A stretch of DNA of 64,000 bases, taken from IMG/VR virus record IMGVR_UViG_3300032322_002561, positions 1 to 64,000 of that record; one strand, written 5' to 3'. Of the stretch, positions 32,301-39,448 are shown one piece after another; the stretch's first letter is position 1; every line of letters starts with the position of its first letter. The notes under the pieces are model-generated. The model was given only the letters and a program-made list of their open reading frames with translations, did no database searches and had not been told where the DNA came from. Position numbers and translations under genes: made by a program.

Positions 32301-35300
32301 TATAATCAGTGGTTTGCCAACTACCTTTTGACCCTGACATCAGTGCGAGTGGCACGCCAGGGTTCTGGATACACCACTGTACCACAGATTACATTTGAGG
32401 GCGGTGGCGCAACTACACAAGCCACTGGAGTGGCTGTGATAAACAGCGTGGGTCAGGTTGTAGCCATCAATGTGACCAACCCCGGCAGCGGCTATAGATC
32501 AAGACCCACAGTCAATATCACAGGTGGTAATGGCTCCGGTGCAGAAGCCTACGCTGTGCTTGACAATCCCTTGGTTCGCGAATTCAAAACTACAATAAGA
32601 TATGATCGAGTCCAATATCAAACCAGCGTGCAAACCTGGAACAGCGAATCAACCTATTTAAATGGAACACTGGTTCGTTATGACAATCAAGTTTGGTCAG
32701 CCAGCAACATCGACGGCAGTTCTGCAGTGACCGGACCCACGTTTGATCTTGAAAACTGGACCCTGGTAGATGCAGCCACATATCAATATCCAGGATCTGG
32801 AGCAAACACTGGTCTAACCGGTGTAGATCGCACAGCAGGTTTGTATGTGCCTGGATTTAACAATCCTGGTCTAGACCTCCCACTCTTGGTTGACGGTATT
32901 GATTATCCAGGAGTACAGGTCTGGGGTGATTATTTCACTGGTACAGAGCAACTTGATGCCATATATCAAAGCAGTTTTAGTGATGTGTTTTTGGGTACCA
33001 GACCATCAGATATCAATATAGATGGTGGACAATTTGTAGGACCCTACGAAGGGCATGCTCCAGAAGAATTGGTTAATGGCAGTGAATATGACACGCTGGA
33101 TTTGAGAGTTTATACAAGGCCCGGCAGTGACTGGCAACTAGACGGTCATGGATTCCAGATAAAAAATATCAACTATATCTATCGTCCTGTCACCAGCAGT
33201 AGTCTTAGCTATGCTGGCCAGGTTGAACACCCTGTGGAACTTGTGGTCAGTAATCAAACCACAGGTAAAGTTTACAATTTTGGTGTGGATTATTTTATCA
33301 ACTATGCCACACAAAGAGTGGAAATTGTGGCTGGCAAGGCCTCCACGGGCGACATCATCAACATCAGTGTGTATGAACTAGGTGGCGGCGCTCAACTTTA
33401 TAGAGTAAATTACGTTGGTGATGAAATTCCTGAAGGCGAGTTTTTTGTTCCGGTGAGCAGTGCTGAAATACTGACTATAGCGGTGTTTGTCAACGGTGAT
33501 ATTTCACCAATTCCAAGCTGGGAGCCCTACATAGATGTGCCAGCCTGGGACATCCTTGAAGCCTATCCAGTCAACAGCATTGTTGAGGACTCAGGCACAT
33601 ATTACCAGGCCATTGACACTGTGCCAGCAGGTACCAGCATAGCTGATCAAGATTACTGGGTAGTCTACGTTCCAACCTTGTTGAGCAAGGTCACCATGCC
33701 AAATCCTCCGCTGTCTGTTGAAGGTGTTTCTGTAGTAGTGTTTGGCTATAACTATGTGGCAGCAAATCAACTCATTCGTGGACGTCAATACACTATTAGT
33801 AGCGTGGGCAACACCGAGTGGACCACGCTTGGAGCTGTCAACGATAATGTGGGCACCACATTTATAAGAAATAACATTGATCTAGGATCTTATGGTACTG
33901 GAGTGGCCACCACCAACTTTACCTGGAGTGTGCCAGTCACTCAGCAGGCCACTGTGACACCGGCCGTGATCAACATTGGTGGTGTACAACTTGTCAATGA
34001 AATGACTGGTACCAATCCTGCCAATATTATTGTCAATGTGAATGGAATCAGACTTATTCCTCCCGCTGGTATTGAGTGGATTGGCGACGGAAGCAGTGTG
34101 AGTTTTGGTTTGCCACAACGTCTGGGCGCCAGTTTCCAGCAGAGCACTATTAATGCTACGCAAGACATTCAGGTCTGGATTGATGCCATACCGCAAAGTC
34201 AGGCCGCAGGCGATTACTCGGTGACTAACTGGGATGGCAGCAACACTCCAGGTCGACAAGTGGTGTTTGCTATCCCCCCAGTACCTGGCGCAAGAATTTT
34301 AATTTCTGTCAGTACTTTGGCTGACTACAAGGTAATCACCAACAATATTGGTCCATTCCTGGCCTTGAACATAGCACCAACACTGGGCGATTTGATCAGC
34401 ATCACCAGCTGGAATGATACCAGCCAACAAAATTTGTTGACTCAAGTGTTTGTAGGACCCATTGTGTTAGGCACAATTATTGAAGAACCTTTTGACAGCG
34501 GAGACTTTGATGCTGGCCTAATCACAGGCGGACCAGGCACATTTGACTACAGCGTGGGTGCCAGTGTGGCAACCAATCAACTGTATCTTGAAGGCACAGA
34601 CATCACTGGCACCAGATTGTGGGTGACCTTGAATGGTGAACGTCTGTTTGAAGGTCAAGATTTTGTGATCACCAACAACGAAATAGTGTTGGCTCAAGGC
34701 GCCATAGCACTCAGCGATGTCTTGGCAGTAACACAATTTACTAACAGTGTGGTACCTGAAAGCTGTGCTTTCCGTGTGTTCCAAGACATGCGTGGCACAC
34801 AAGCCACATATAGAATAACTTTGGCAACCACCACGGTGTTGACTCAGGATCTTGCTGCAGATGACGACGTCATCTATGTTGAAAATGCAAGACTTTTAAC
34901 AGAGCCCAATCTAGTTGAGGGACGTCTCGGTATCATCACCATCAATGGTGAAAGAATCATGTATCGAGTGCGTGACATTGCCAACAACACCTTGAGTGAG
35001 CTACGTCGTGGCACAGCAGGCACAGCCGCAGCTCCGCATCAAGCTGGAGTAGATGTCTATGACCTGGGCCGCGGAAATATCCTGGCACCACAATATCAGG
35101 ATTTTGTTGAAAAAGATTCCACGTACGGGGATGGCAGTACCACAGTATTTGATGCGCCAAGTTTGACCACGTTTGATTTTGGCGATAGCTCTAGTATATT
35201 TGTTGAAAGTATTGAAGTCTATGTGGGCGGAACACGTCAATACACGCTGGGACCCAATCGTTTTGGTGACATTATTCCATGCCAATATCCCTATACCGTA

Positions 35301-35501
35301 GTAGATGTAAATCCTGTGACCATTGAATTTTATACCGATAGTGATCCAATTGAACCAGTGTTGCCACCACCACCCGGTGTAGAAATTACAATTTTACAAC
35401 GTAAAGGGCTGGGCTGGTACGGCCCCGGCGTAGAGGAAACCACTGGAAGAGCCCTGCAAGAAACCAACACTGCGCAAGCAAGGTTTTTGACTGATAGATA
35501 A
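20304..35501 (+). CDS. Giant multidomain baseplate/structural protein (gp7-like), 5065 aa
   Basis: Uninterrupted ORF after gp6; RSVDFLPEIFRT N-terminus; FG-GAP-like blades, GSGYT repeats, multiple beta modules. Confidence 0.8.
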   Translation: MARTRSVDFLPEIFRTEANKQFLSATLDNLIQEPKFKKTQGFIGRTVGPGVNPNDKYVVELDKTRADYQLEPGVVSLRPDTNEIQEVITYPGMADAISFQGGQGNRADRLYESDYYTWDPFVDFDSFVNYSQYYWVPNGPDAVDVSATGVPITNSITVTRENGVYTFSGVVGDNPTLELVRGGNYTFNVAQNDKETVNYRVTNKGNSSYTIDYQDNPSLTLVRGNTYVFNLTLQGIFPFWIKTQPVLGLANAFNTGVSRNGSTIGLITFTVPQDAPDTLYYIAENQINMQGVLNIVDGIPGTGPGFWIQTSPGVTGQVPTAPNISSRDVFGVINNGEDLGTVTFNVPLKTAQQYYYDLPDFGTPVDLVTDLKFDQINNQRLDVFLAEYGGIDGVSALANRTLIFTNPLTDAVDGGWQRTTRFDPLGQDVANNGLLGSFDSTLYSQTSEIPVDQRYQLYQITLDISNGYAYMQLNRIADIPVLNKFTIRYGDVYSSTNWLKDSSGRFQQIPLLTAVNDILYYQDGNDPEIFGEIKLIDVEGRTTLDINDIIGKKNYTSPNGVVFTNGLKVVFRGLVEPPNYSSGSVVFECSATADEINAITTTNTDILYVGQEVSFQAPTLGGLVAGQTYYVQSIVNQFQFTVSDMIGAGAVALSTATGLMTAVSVNYREYYVAGVGTEINLIPVTELNLYEPYVTDANDSTVIREPATPDYITIDRNSMSRNPWSRSNRWFHVDVINATAAYNNTVPILDNNRRAKRPILQFRPNIRLFNMAPECVEPVDIIDFVVADAFGTVQGSTGYTVDGYELVNGSRIIFAADTDAEVRNKIWLVEFIIPNSATLITADNLSPGLVYTIISLGNTDWNAVAGTTGISYAVGNIITVAEVGTGTGLAEFNQPVINLTLAPDGVVAPDRATHTMNGETGQGISYWYDGVEWIVAQQKLGVNQAPLFNVYDADGVSFSDQIKYPSSDFVGSKLFSYAPGETGILDPVLQIPLKYLTLENVGDIVFDNNLYKDTFVYTRENVSVTLDISSGSAREYNVSMGVSSTNGINSTTSTTSVSTLTATGTEEFARLIGWQNAVTTSKTYQQFKFIYDGTTLKLDVVVLDQFASAVPVIKIYVGSQFQDPSTYIYATNTDSTTITLNKEYVLGDIVEVLVLSDQVSKVAFYQVPLNLENNPLNINSQSFSLGTIRQHYQSICENLPDISGAISGANNTRDLGDIGPYGLIILQQSAPLTLAGYFLRSEKYNIFNSLTYNSREYIKYKNQLLESVTQQQINFQTAGEILDAAIADITAGRVETQSFYWSDMLPSGAVYIQNTYTVSFVTTNVFDTVQVYNFASANYLGLSVYVNDVLITRGMDYVVATDGPRLTIIKMLEIGDTVTIREYSSTYGTFCPNTPTKMGLYPAYLPEITTQRTTTGEQTVLIGHDGSVTKTFGDIRDQVLLEFETRIYNNIKLDGNPCPLLATNVLPGQFRVTGYSTDEINNILNTEFLSFVATNKLNYREQDYNANNEFSYNYSGAQGRLDNKNLLGAWRGIYRYYYDTQQPESTPWQMLGFSEKPVWWDVTYGTVPYTSENFVLWDDLEAGLVRDPAGAYILPEYARPGLSEVIPTGDEGQLLSPFNSVVGTFDQNQFRKSWSLGDGSPVEASWWNSSSYPFAVMRLLALTRPAKFFALFADRDLYRYNTEFDQFLYNNRYRLDANGVEVYGDGISKASYINWIVDYNRQSGLNSTELLTNDLANLDVRLCYRMASFSDKKFIKLFTEKSSPESTNTSFLIPDESYALLLYKNQPFDRASYSSVLIQQVPGGYAVFGYSTYQPYFNILQSQATGKLRTISTAGVSVRVPTFYTSRVAQIPYGYVFTDITAVSDFLLSYGKYLEGQGLSFTNTANGYQLDWNQMVTEFLYWSQQGWEDNCLIAINPLALKLSVSKPFAVVDDIQAQTSENILLDQNRKELPTRNLNIVRMGNEFTVEPANDQTLSFIDLKYTSYEHMIVLDNVSVFGDLIYNPPTGARQSRLNLVAVTTTEWNGSVDAQGFIINQDNVEPWSGHRTYAKGEIVKYKDNYWSAATIVQPSEVFDFNDWLQSDYTQIELGLLPNLANKADQLVNSYNINTANLERDTDLLSYGLIGFRPRQYLAAINLDDVSQVNVYRQFLGTKGTLLSAELFKQVNLGKELAEYEIFENWAVQRAVYGANANRSYFELRLNRALLNASPSLVQVVASQQTSEADQSIQVGDIWRQSYKINSPDILPTTVAVPADTALPTAGYVNLDDVDITVFDISDSASLEANLNEIGVGTSIWVAKVNNYDWDIYRAEAVPGTISHVCDNLDGTSRVIFTLQHGITVGQQVIIRFFDSEVDGVYTVLSVSNLNTINIAFRFTGSRTVVNGIGLAFTLQTMRVAQASDVIDLPYANQIADGTTTWVDDDGNGRWVVLQKQNVFTPVSELSPQILDAEENYGVVVKQAIDKFAAFVGSPRYGFGTGTQTGAVYTYVNNFGTAYQPISPVESGDAIITLATTGVRNLGASIAVGSQAWLAAGAPGSLGGAGQTNSGYVTVIYRDYNTYQAGDNPYVVWQLLTTPGNINTDQGRFGAGITMCANENWLYVAEPDVNRVYAYNRINYQYQFLSALGDGITTSYDISNNIQIDEATQIQVTVNGVLQVLNVNYTVNISFTTVTFTTVPSAGSAVLIARPFLLQLDYAQYYSLTATGATTGTGALFSINRIRGTVEVGIQAGGSGYTNGETLTIPATSFGGGSSPANDVTFVITVVAGKIVQLTGVSYTPPALQSTFSLNELFFTATTLNSFTVLVNDVIQRPHIDYTFNAGTQDLSFLVNPGAGAIIKVRADSYFNYVGEIPTAGLGLQPGDDFGAALSCTTDGRQVMIGAPNCTVDGEVEAGCVYVFDRNVQHFIYTPSSTPTFVLAGSGLTPLAVSVNGQYLIDEATTIVGNPGTYSVSGSTVTINQTLNVGDSIEIETDQFRLLQRITQEQPAQYSNFGQAVDLCSYNCSLYVGAPNSSLQVIKGGVVEREINQARVYGIITSTVSNPTLTAGDTLRVNNVDVIIPSAPNNNIVGLASAINSTAPNATATVTSAGYLTISVTNIDAAVPGNLLQVAPGSVGSAWAALGFDIFSYTQTILSPYAVDFAGFGTSISLDETATTLIVGAPQGTMYLITIFDDGTTDFDANATTFFTTILQSGAVYTYNLLNSANSSASNPDKFVFGEQISITDVAYLDQLGASVDYLSGSLWLGAPGSDVGDSSTSNYGKVFVWQNAERQMTWIPKYIQQPTVDVRLLNSIFLYDRITSSTTEFLDFFNPLQGKILGAARQNIDYIGAVDPAFYNVGPQNILGTTWAANHVGEIWWDISTVRFIDPNQDSIVYASRRWGQIFPGSTVDIYQWIVSTVPPAEYAGPGTPASLVSYTINTVLSDDGSFNTQYFYWVRGLPTVATQKGKTLSTNSISNYIADPRSTGIAYLAPINSSTFALYNCENLIEAQDTILNIEFDQQLNNDNVHVEYELVAQDKSNSFLSDNLYRKLQDSFCGVDSFGNLVPDPTLSPAERYGVQFRPRQSMFVNRFVALKNYITRVNSILRQYPVSENRVLSLLNSKEPLPGVNSGLYNASVPTREILDFQNIYAVPLGYKYLVVSDDTNRGLWTIYQVSPNPTILDSFTSTGSFISGNTLNIGVLTSGTITVGQLVTGIGVESGIIIVSNINGGSSSGSVWVISKITNVPTTNINGAAPRELILFRVQNFNTPDYWSYIDWYLPGYNSSIKPVAEVNNFSELTTLNVPIGSSVQVKANAQGKFEIYLRTDVGYERVALQDGTIEISAEIYDYALGRFGFDLEVFDAQYFDQEPVIETRKIIQAINEELFVGDLEIERNRALVLMFNYVLSEFSAPEWLVKTSLIDVAHKIRELLPFQNFSPDNQEFVVDYIQEVKPYHVQVREFNLQYFGSDTFLGDLVDFDLPAYYDTTLPVPQFVSPVLTPYAIATNDVSNVLSNVPPTSQLWETWPYNQWFANYLLTLTSVRVARQGSGYTTVPQITFEGGGATTQATGVAVINSVGQVVAINVTNPGSGYRSRPTVNITGGNGSGAEAYAVLDNPLVREFKTTIRYDRVQYQTSVQTWNSESTYLNGTLVRYDNQVWSASNIDGSSAVTGPTFDLENWTLVDAATYQYPGSGANTGLTGVDRTAGLYVPGFNNPGLDLPLLVDGIDYPGVQVWGDYFTGTEQLDAIYQSSFSDVFLGTRPSDINIDGGQFVGPYEGHAPEELVNGSEYDTLDLRVYTRPGSDWQLDGHGFQIKNINYIYRPVTSSSLSYAGQVEHPVELVVSNQTTGKVYNFGVDYFINYATQRVEIVAGKASTGDIINISVYELGGGAQLYRVNYVGDEIPEGEFFVPVSSAEILTIAVFVNGDISPIPSWEPYIDVPAWDILEAYPVNSIVEDSGTYYQAIDTVPAGTSIADQDYWVVYVPTLLSKVTMPNPPLSVEGVSVVVFGYNYVAANQLIRGRQYTISSVGNTEWTTLGAVNDNVGTTFIRNNIDLGSYGTGVATTNFTWSVPVTQQATVTPAVINIGGVQLVNEMTGTNPANIIVNVNGIRLIPPAGIEWIGDGSSVSFGLPQRLGASFQQSTINATQDIQVWIDAIPQSQAAGDYSVTNWDGSNTPGRQVVFAIPPVPGARILISVSTLADYKVITNNIGPFLALNIAPTLGDLISITSWNDTSQQNLLTQVFVGPIVLGTIIEEPFDSGDFDAGLITGGPGTFDYSVGASVATNQLYLEGTDITGTRLWVTLNGERLFEGQDFVITNNEIVLAQGAIALSDVLAVTQFTNSVVPESCAFRVFQDMRGTQATYRITLATTTVLTQDLAADDDVIYVENARLLTEPNLVEGRLGIITINGERIMYRVRDIANNTLSELRRGTAGTAAAPHQAGVDVYDLGRGNILAPQYQDFVEKDSTYGDGSTTVFDAPSLTTFDFGDSSSIFVESIEVYVGGTRQYTLGPNRFGDIIPCQYPYTVVDVNPVTIEFYTDSDPIEPVLPPPPGVEITILQRKGLGWYGPGVEETTGRALQETNTAQARFLTDR
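27648..30085 (+). repeat. Seven FG-GAP-like beta-propeller blades within the giant protein
   Basis: NYG..FVGSP; NLG..AAGAPG; RFG..YVAEP; DFG..MIGAP; NFG..YVGAP; GFG..IVGAP; QLG..WLGAPG. Confidence 0.75.
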
Positions 35502-35505
35502 CACG

Positions 35506-35513
35506 GATAAATA
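35506..35513 (+). promoter_or_regulatory. Late promoter (GATAAATA)
   Basis: TAAATA core 7 nt before ATG 35521. Confidence 0.6.
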
Positions 35514-35520
35514 ATACACC

Positions 35521-35676
35521 ATGTCGAATACAGTACCAAATAAACCAAATTCAGTGCCCAGCACAAACACCAATAAAACCCGTCGTCCCAATGAAGCCGG
35601 TGCATTTCATGTGCAAGCACATGTGAAAATTTTTGATCCTGCTACCAAGACAGTTTACGTGGAGAAACGAGCATGA
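35521..35676 (+). CDS. Small 51-aa virion-associated protein (not in ORF track)
   Basis: MSNTVPNKPNSVPSTNTNKTRRPNEAGAFHVQAHVKIFDPATKTVYVEKRA*; own late promoter; ATGA overlap with 35673. Confidence 0.7.
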   Translation: MSNTVPNKPNSVPSTNTNKTRRPNEAGAFHVQAHVKIFDPATKTVYVEKRA

Positions 35677-36278
35677 TTCAGCCAGGATTTGCACGCATTG
35701 AGGGATTCGTAAAAATACATGATCCTGTCACAGGCGAAGTCCTGGTAGACAAAAAGAATGCCATTCACTACGAAAATATTTCTATCGCTCTAGCTCAAAC
35801 TCTTAGTGATAGAAATCTTGGGTACATCTACAGCATGGCCTTTGGCAACGGTGGCAGCAGTGTGGATCCCACAGGAGTTATCACATATCTGCCGCCCAAT
35901 ACTACGGGACAAAATGCCGACTTGTACAACGAAACCTACAGCAAAGTAGTCAACGACAATTCGGCATCAAATACCGATCCTGAAAACAACAAAATGACAG
36001 TGTTGCACACCCCGGGCACAGTCTATACTGATATTTTAGTGACCTGTTTGTTGGATTATGGTGAGCCACCAGAACAACAGGCATTTGACAACAGCACCAA
36101 TTTCAACGGGGAATTTGTGTTTGATGAACTTGGGCTCAAATCATGGAACGGCGCCGTGGATAATTTGCGCTTGATCACCCATGTTATTTTTCACCCGGTT
36201 CAGAAGAGTTTGAATAGGCAGATACAAATTGATTACACTTTGCGCATTCAAACCCTGAGCAACATAAACGCTGTATAA
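35673..36278 (+). CDS. Baseplate/tail-fibre attachment protein
   Basis: MAFGNGG...VTCLLDYGEP...FVFDELGL...LITHVIFHPVQKSLNRQIQIDYTLRI; sits between the giant protein and the fibre gene. Confidence 0.6.
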   Translation: MIQPGFARIEGFVKIHDPVTGEVLVDKKNAIHYENISIALAQTLSDRNLGYIYSMAFGNGGSSVDPTGVITYLPPNTTGQNADLYNETYSKVVNDNSASNTDPENNKMTVLHTPGTVYTDILVTCLLDYGEPPEQQAFDNSTNFNGEFVFDELGLKSWNGAVDNLRLITHVIFHPVQKSLNRQIQIDYTLRIQTLSNINAV

Positions 36279-36290
36279 ATATGGTATAAT
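36274..36290 (+). promoter_or_regulatory. Late promoter TATAAATA (36274-36281) with an adjacent extended -10 TGGTATAAT (36282-36290)
   Basis: Exact T4 late consensus overlapping the stop codon, followed by TGnTATAAT and an AGGA SD before ATG 36308. Confidence 0.7.
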
Positions 36291-36307
36291 AGGAACAGGT
36301 AACTGAC

Positions 36308-38107
36308 ATGGCATATACAATTACACTAACTGATGGCACCTTGTTTGCCACAGTCGCAGACGGTACTGTTAATCAGACCGCTGGATTTTCAAGCACTGCA
36401 CCACTTACTCTTATCGGTAAAAACTACGCAGGTTACGGTGATTTCTTAGATGAAAACTTTATTCGCTTGCTTGAAAACGGCAGCAATACCACAGCCCCGC
36501 CCTCTCCACTAACTGGGCAACTTTGGTGGGACAAAGCCAACAATCTTTTAAAGGTCTACAACGGCGCCACTTTCAAAACCATATCTGCAGCCACAGCTAG
36601 TTCCACAGCACCTGCCTCCAATGTGGTTGGTGATCTATGGTATGACACAGTAAATCAACAGTTGAAAGTATGGACTGGTAGTGCCTTTTTAGTCATTGGT
36701 CCTGCATATTCAGCTGGGCAAGGTACTTCGGGCGCTATCCCTGAAACCATTACTGACTCTGTAGGTGCCACCAAGTTTATTACCAGTTTATATGTCAATA
36801 ACAATCGTGTTGGTATTGTGTATGACACTAGTTCGTTTGTACCTCAGGCCAGTCTACAATCTACCTTCCCCACAATTTTTCCTGGTATCACACTGACCAC
36901 CACAAACAGTGCTCAGTTTGCAGGCACCGCCAACAATGCTACCTATCTCAACAGTTTGACCTCCAGTCAGTTCATGCGCAGTGATACCAACACCAGTACC
37001 ACTGGTGTGTTGCGTGTGCTCAATAATTCAGGCATGTTTGTGGGTGCAGGTAATGCTACCAATATCACACAAAGCGGCAACGATGGTCTTATTAGCGGTA
37101 CAATCAGCACAGGTAATGTTATAATTCAAGCCAACGTGGGCGGAGTGCCATATGTTGTGGCTACAGCTCAGGGTGCCAGCGGTAACCTGGCCATTGGTAA
37201 CGCAGCCACAGTGGGCACCACACTCAGTGTAGGCGGCAACATTACTGGCGGCAATTTGGTCACAGCAGGAGTCATCACAGCCACAGCCAATATCACTGGT
37301 GGAAATATTTTGACAGCGGCTCTAGTGCAAGGCGGAAATGTCAGCGCAGTTGCCAACGTACAGGGCGGCAATCTACGCACCTCGGGCATAATCAGTGCTA
37401 CTGGCACAATTACTTCGGCAGCAAATATTTCTGGTCAATTCTTTATAGGTAACGGTAGCCAACTTACTGGTTTAAGTGCTGCGGTTAGTGTACAAAAGAT
37501 ATCCAGCGGCACTTCAGAAGTCAACATTGGTGTACCTAACGGCAATGCCAATGTATCAATCGCAGGTACCTCCAACGTGGCAGTGTTTACCACAACTGGT
37601 GCTATCCTAACTGGCTTGAGTGTGCCCAGCATTGACAAAACAGGTACCAACGCCGTGGGTAATATTGGATCAGTCAGCAACTACTTTAACCGCATATTTG
37701 CCACAGCAACTACAGCACTCTACGCTGACGTGGCCGAGCGATTTGAAGCAGATGAAATTCTTGAAGCCGGTACTGTGGTTGAACTGGGCGGCGCTAAAGA
37801 AATTACTCGTGCTCAACAGGAATTAAGTGAGAATGTGTTTGGAGTCATAAGTACACGTGCAGCTTATTTGATGAATGGTGGTGCTGGCAATGACCATACA
37901 CATCCCCCAGTGGCAATGACAGGACGTGTACCAGTACAAGTTATTGGTACTGTACGCAAAGGCGATCGTTTGGTCTCAGCTGGCAATGGAATAGCCAGAA
38001 GTGCCAAGATTGGTGAAGCCACTGCATTCAATGTGATTGGCAGAGCATTAGTGGACAAGCACACGCCAGATCTTGGAACACTAGAAGCCATTGTCACAAT
38101 AAAATAA
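36308..38107 (+). CDS. Tail fibre protein with C-terminal autocleaving intramolecular chaperone (peptidase G2-like)
   Basis: LIGKNYAGYG...PLTGQLWWD anchor; GNITGGNL-type beta repeats; YADVAERF...GVIST...VAMTGRVPVQV...KGDRLVS. Confidence 0.85.
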   Translation: MAYTITLTDGTLFATVADGTVNQTAGFSSTAPLTLIGKNYAGYGDFLDENFIRLLENGSNTTAPPSPLTGQLWWDKANNLLKVYNGATFKTISAATASSTAPASNVVGDLWYDTVNQQLKVWTGSAFLVIGPAYSAGQGTSGAIPETITDSVGATKFITSLYVNNNRVGIVYDTSSFVPQASLQSTFPTIFPGITLTTTNSAQFAGTANNATYLNSLTSSQFMRSDTNTSTTGVLRVLNNSGMFVGAGNATNITQSGNDGLISGTISTGNVIIQANVGGVPYVVATAQGASGNLAIGNAATVGTTLSVGGNITGGNLVTAGVITATANITGGNILTAALVQGGNVSAVANVQGGNLRTSGIISATGTITSAANISGQFFIGNGSQLTGLSAAVSVQKISSGTSEVNIGVPNGNANVSIAGTSNVAVFTTTGAILTGLSVPSIDKTGTNAVGNIGSVSNYFNRIFATATTALYADVAERFEADEILEAGTVVELGGAKEITRAQQELSENVFGVISTRAAYLMNGGAGNDHTHPPVAMTGRVPVQVIGTVRKGDRLVSAGNGIARSAKIGEATAFNVIGRALVDKHTPDLGTLEAIVTIK

Positions 38108-38119
38108 AAGGAAACTAGA

Positions 38120-39088
38120 ATGACGTATGTAGCTGGTGGTTTGATTCAAGCCACAGATTATAATGGGTTTGTAAGTACCACTGCAGGGGCAAACGTCAAC
38201 GCCACATGGAGTACCGGAGTAAGCGATGCTGGATACGGTCAATCGGCATTGGCCACAGTGTCTGCTGCCACCACAGTAACTGCCACACAGTGGGCCAGCC
38301 TGGTCAATACTATTACCTCTATGGCCAATCATCAAGGTACTGTTCCAAGTGCATCAAGAACTGCACCAGTGACTGGCAATCTAATACAAATTTTTGCTGG
38401 TATAAACACAGACCTTACCAATTTGTACAGTAATCGTGGAAACGCAATTGCATCTGGAGCACAGTTCACAGGCTGGACCGGCACAAATTCTAAAACCACT
38501 ACCACCACTGGTGCAACCTGGACCATTACCTTTACCAATACCATTACATTTGCCAGTGTTGATGCTGCCAGATATTTTTGGAACGCTGGTGGCCTTGTCA
38601 AAATTGACGTAAGCAAAACAGCCACTGGACAAACTGGTGATCCTGAGTGGAATGATCTTGCCAATACTTTGTGTGGTGATATCTGGATTTCAGGTCGTAT
38701 TGCTGGTGGTGCACAAACCATTGGTGGTGTAATTTATACCGGAGTGACCAAGATTGGTGGCACAGGCACTCCAGCAACTTTGGCAACCACATCTGGTTGG
38801 TATAATTTGACCACAACAGATACCATAATTTACAAACAGTTTGCTGACACGGCACCCTATACCAGCAACTTTATTCAACATTCGGCTCGCACAGCCGGTT
38901 CAGGAACTCAGCTTATTATCACTACATTATGGTCAGCCAGCGACGGAGATCCAATTTCGGGCGGCACTGCCAGCTCGGGTGCAACTCCTGGTACAGCACC
39001 CACTACAATTGTAACTTACTACCCGCCTAGCACCACTTACCTGACTCAAACCTGGGGAATCCCTGCAGTAGCAGCCACCACGGTTTAA
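38120..39088 (+). CDS. Virion structural (tail/fibre-associated) protein
   Basis: Thr/Gly-rich, MTYVAGGLIQATDYN start, ARYFWNAGG motif; last gene of the late operon. Confidence 0.6.
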   Translation: MTYVAGGLIQATDYNGFVSTTAGANVNATWSTGVSDAGYGQSALATVSAATTVTATQWASLVNTITSMANHQGTVPSASRTAPVTGNLIQIFAGINTDLTNLYSNRGNAIASGAQFTGWTGTNSKTTTTTGATWTITFTNTITFASVDAARYFWNAGGLVKIDVSKTATGQTGDPEWNDLANTLCGDIWISGRIAGGAQTIGGVIYTGVTKIGGTGTPATLATTSGWYNLTTTDTIIYKQFADTAPYTSNFIQHSARTAGSGTQLIITTLWSASDGDPISGGTASSGATPGTAPTTIVTYYPPSTTYLTQTWGIPAVAATTV

Positions 39089-39107
39089 TCAAAACAGCCG
39101 TAAATTC

Positions 39108-39136
39108 TTTACTTTTACAGCAGTATCTTGTATAAT
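39108..39136 (+). promoter_or_regulatory. Sigma70-like leaderless promoter (TTTACT-N17-TATAAT-N6-ATG) heading the glycan operon
   Basis: TTTACT 39108-39113, TATAAT 39131-39136, ATG 39143. Confidence 0.65.
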
Positions 39137-39142
39137 CAGAAG

Positions 39143-39448
39143 ATGAATACCAACGACTTGATAAATCACGCCCGTGCTAGATTTGACCATGAAGTGGCAC
39201 GACGTGTGTTAAAGGAAAAGTACGAAGCCAAAATGTTGTTTGCCCATTGTGGTGGAATGTTCCGGGCTGGTCCAGAATTGATCAACATCTTAAATTGTTG
39301 TACTTGTAACAAGGCTGTGATTTTAGATTTATATGAAACTCCGGTGAGTGTGGATGTTCTTGAACTTAAAAAGTTGGCCGAGCAACGCTGGCAAGAACAA
39401 ATGACTGCCTGGCAAATCGAATTTGAGGAAACATCAAAAAAAAGATGA
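39143..39448 (+). CDS. Hypothetical protein (about 101 aa)
   Basis: Start reassigned to ATG 39143; ATGA-coupled to the next gene. Confidence 0.7.
   Translation: MNTNDLINHARARFDHEVARRVLKEKYEAKMLFAHCGGMFRAGPELINILNCCTCNKAVILDLYETPVSVDVLELKKLAEQRWQEQMTAWQIEFEETSKKR

Noticed and set aside
36308-38107. Invertible or DGR-diversified tail-fibre tip
   Set aside because: No duplicated alternative C-terminus, invertase or inverted repeats seen; the C-terminus is an ordinary chaperone domain
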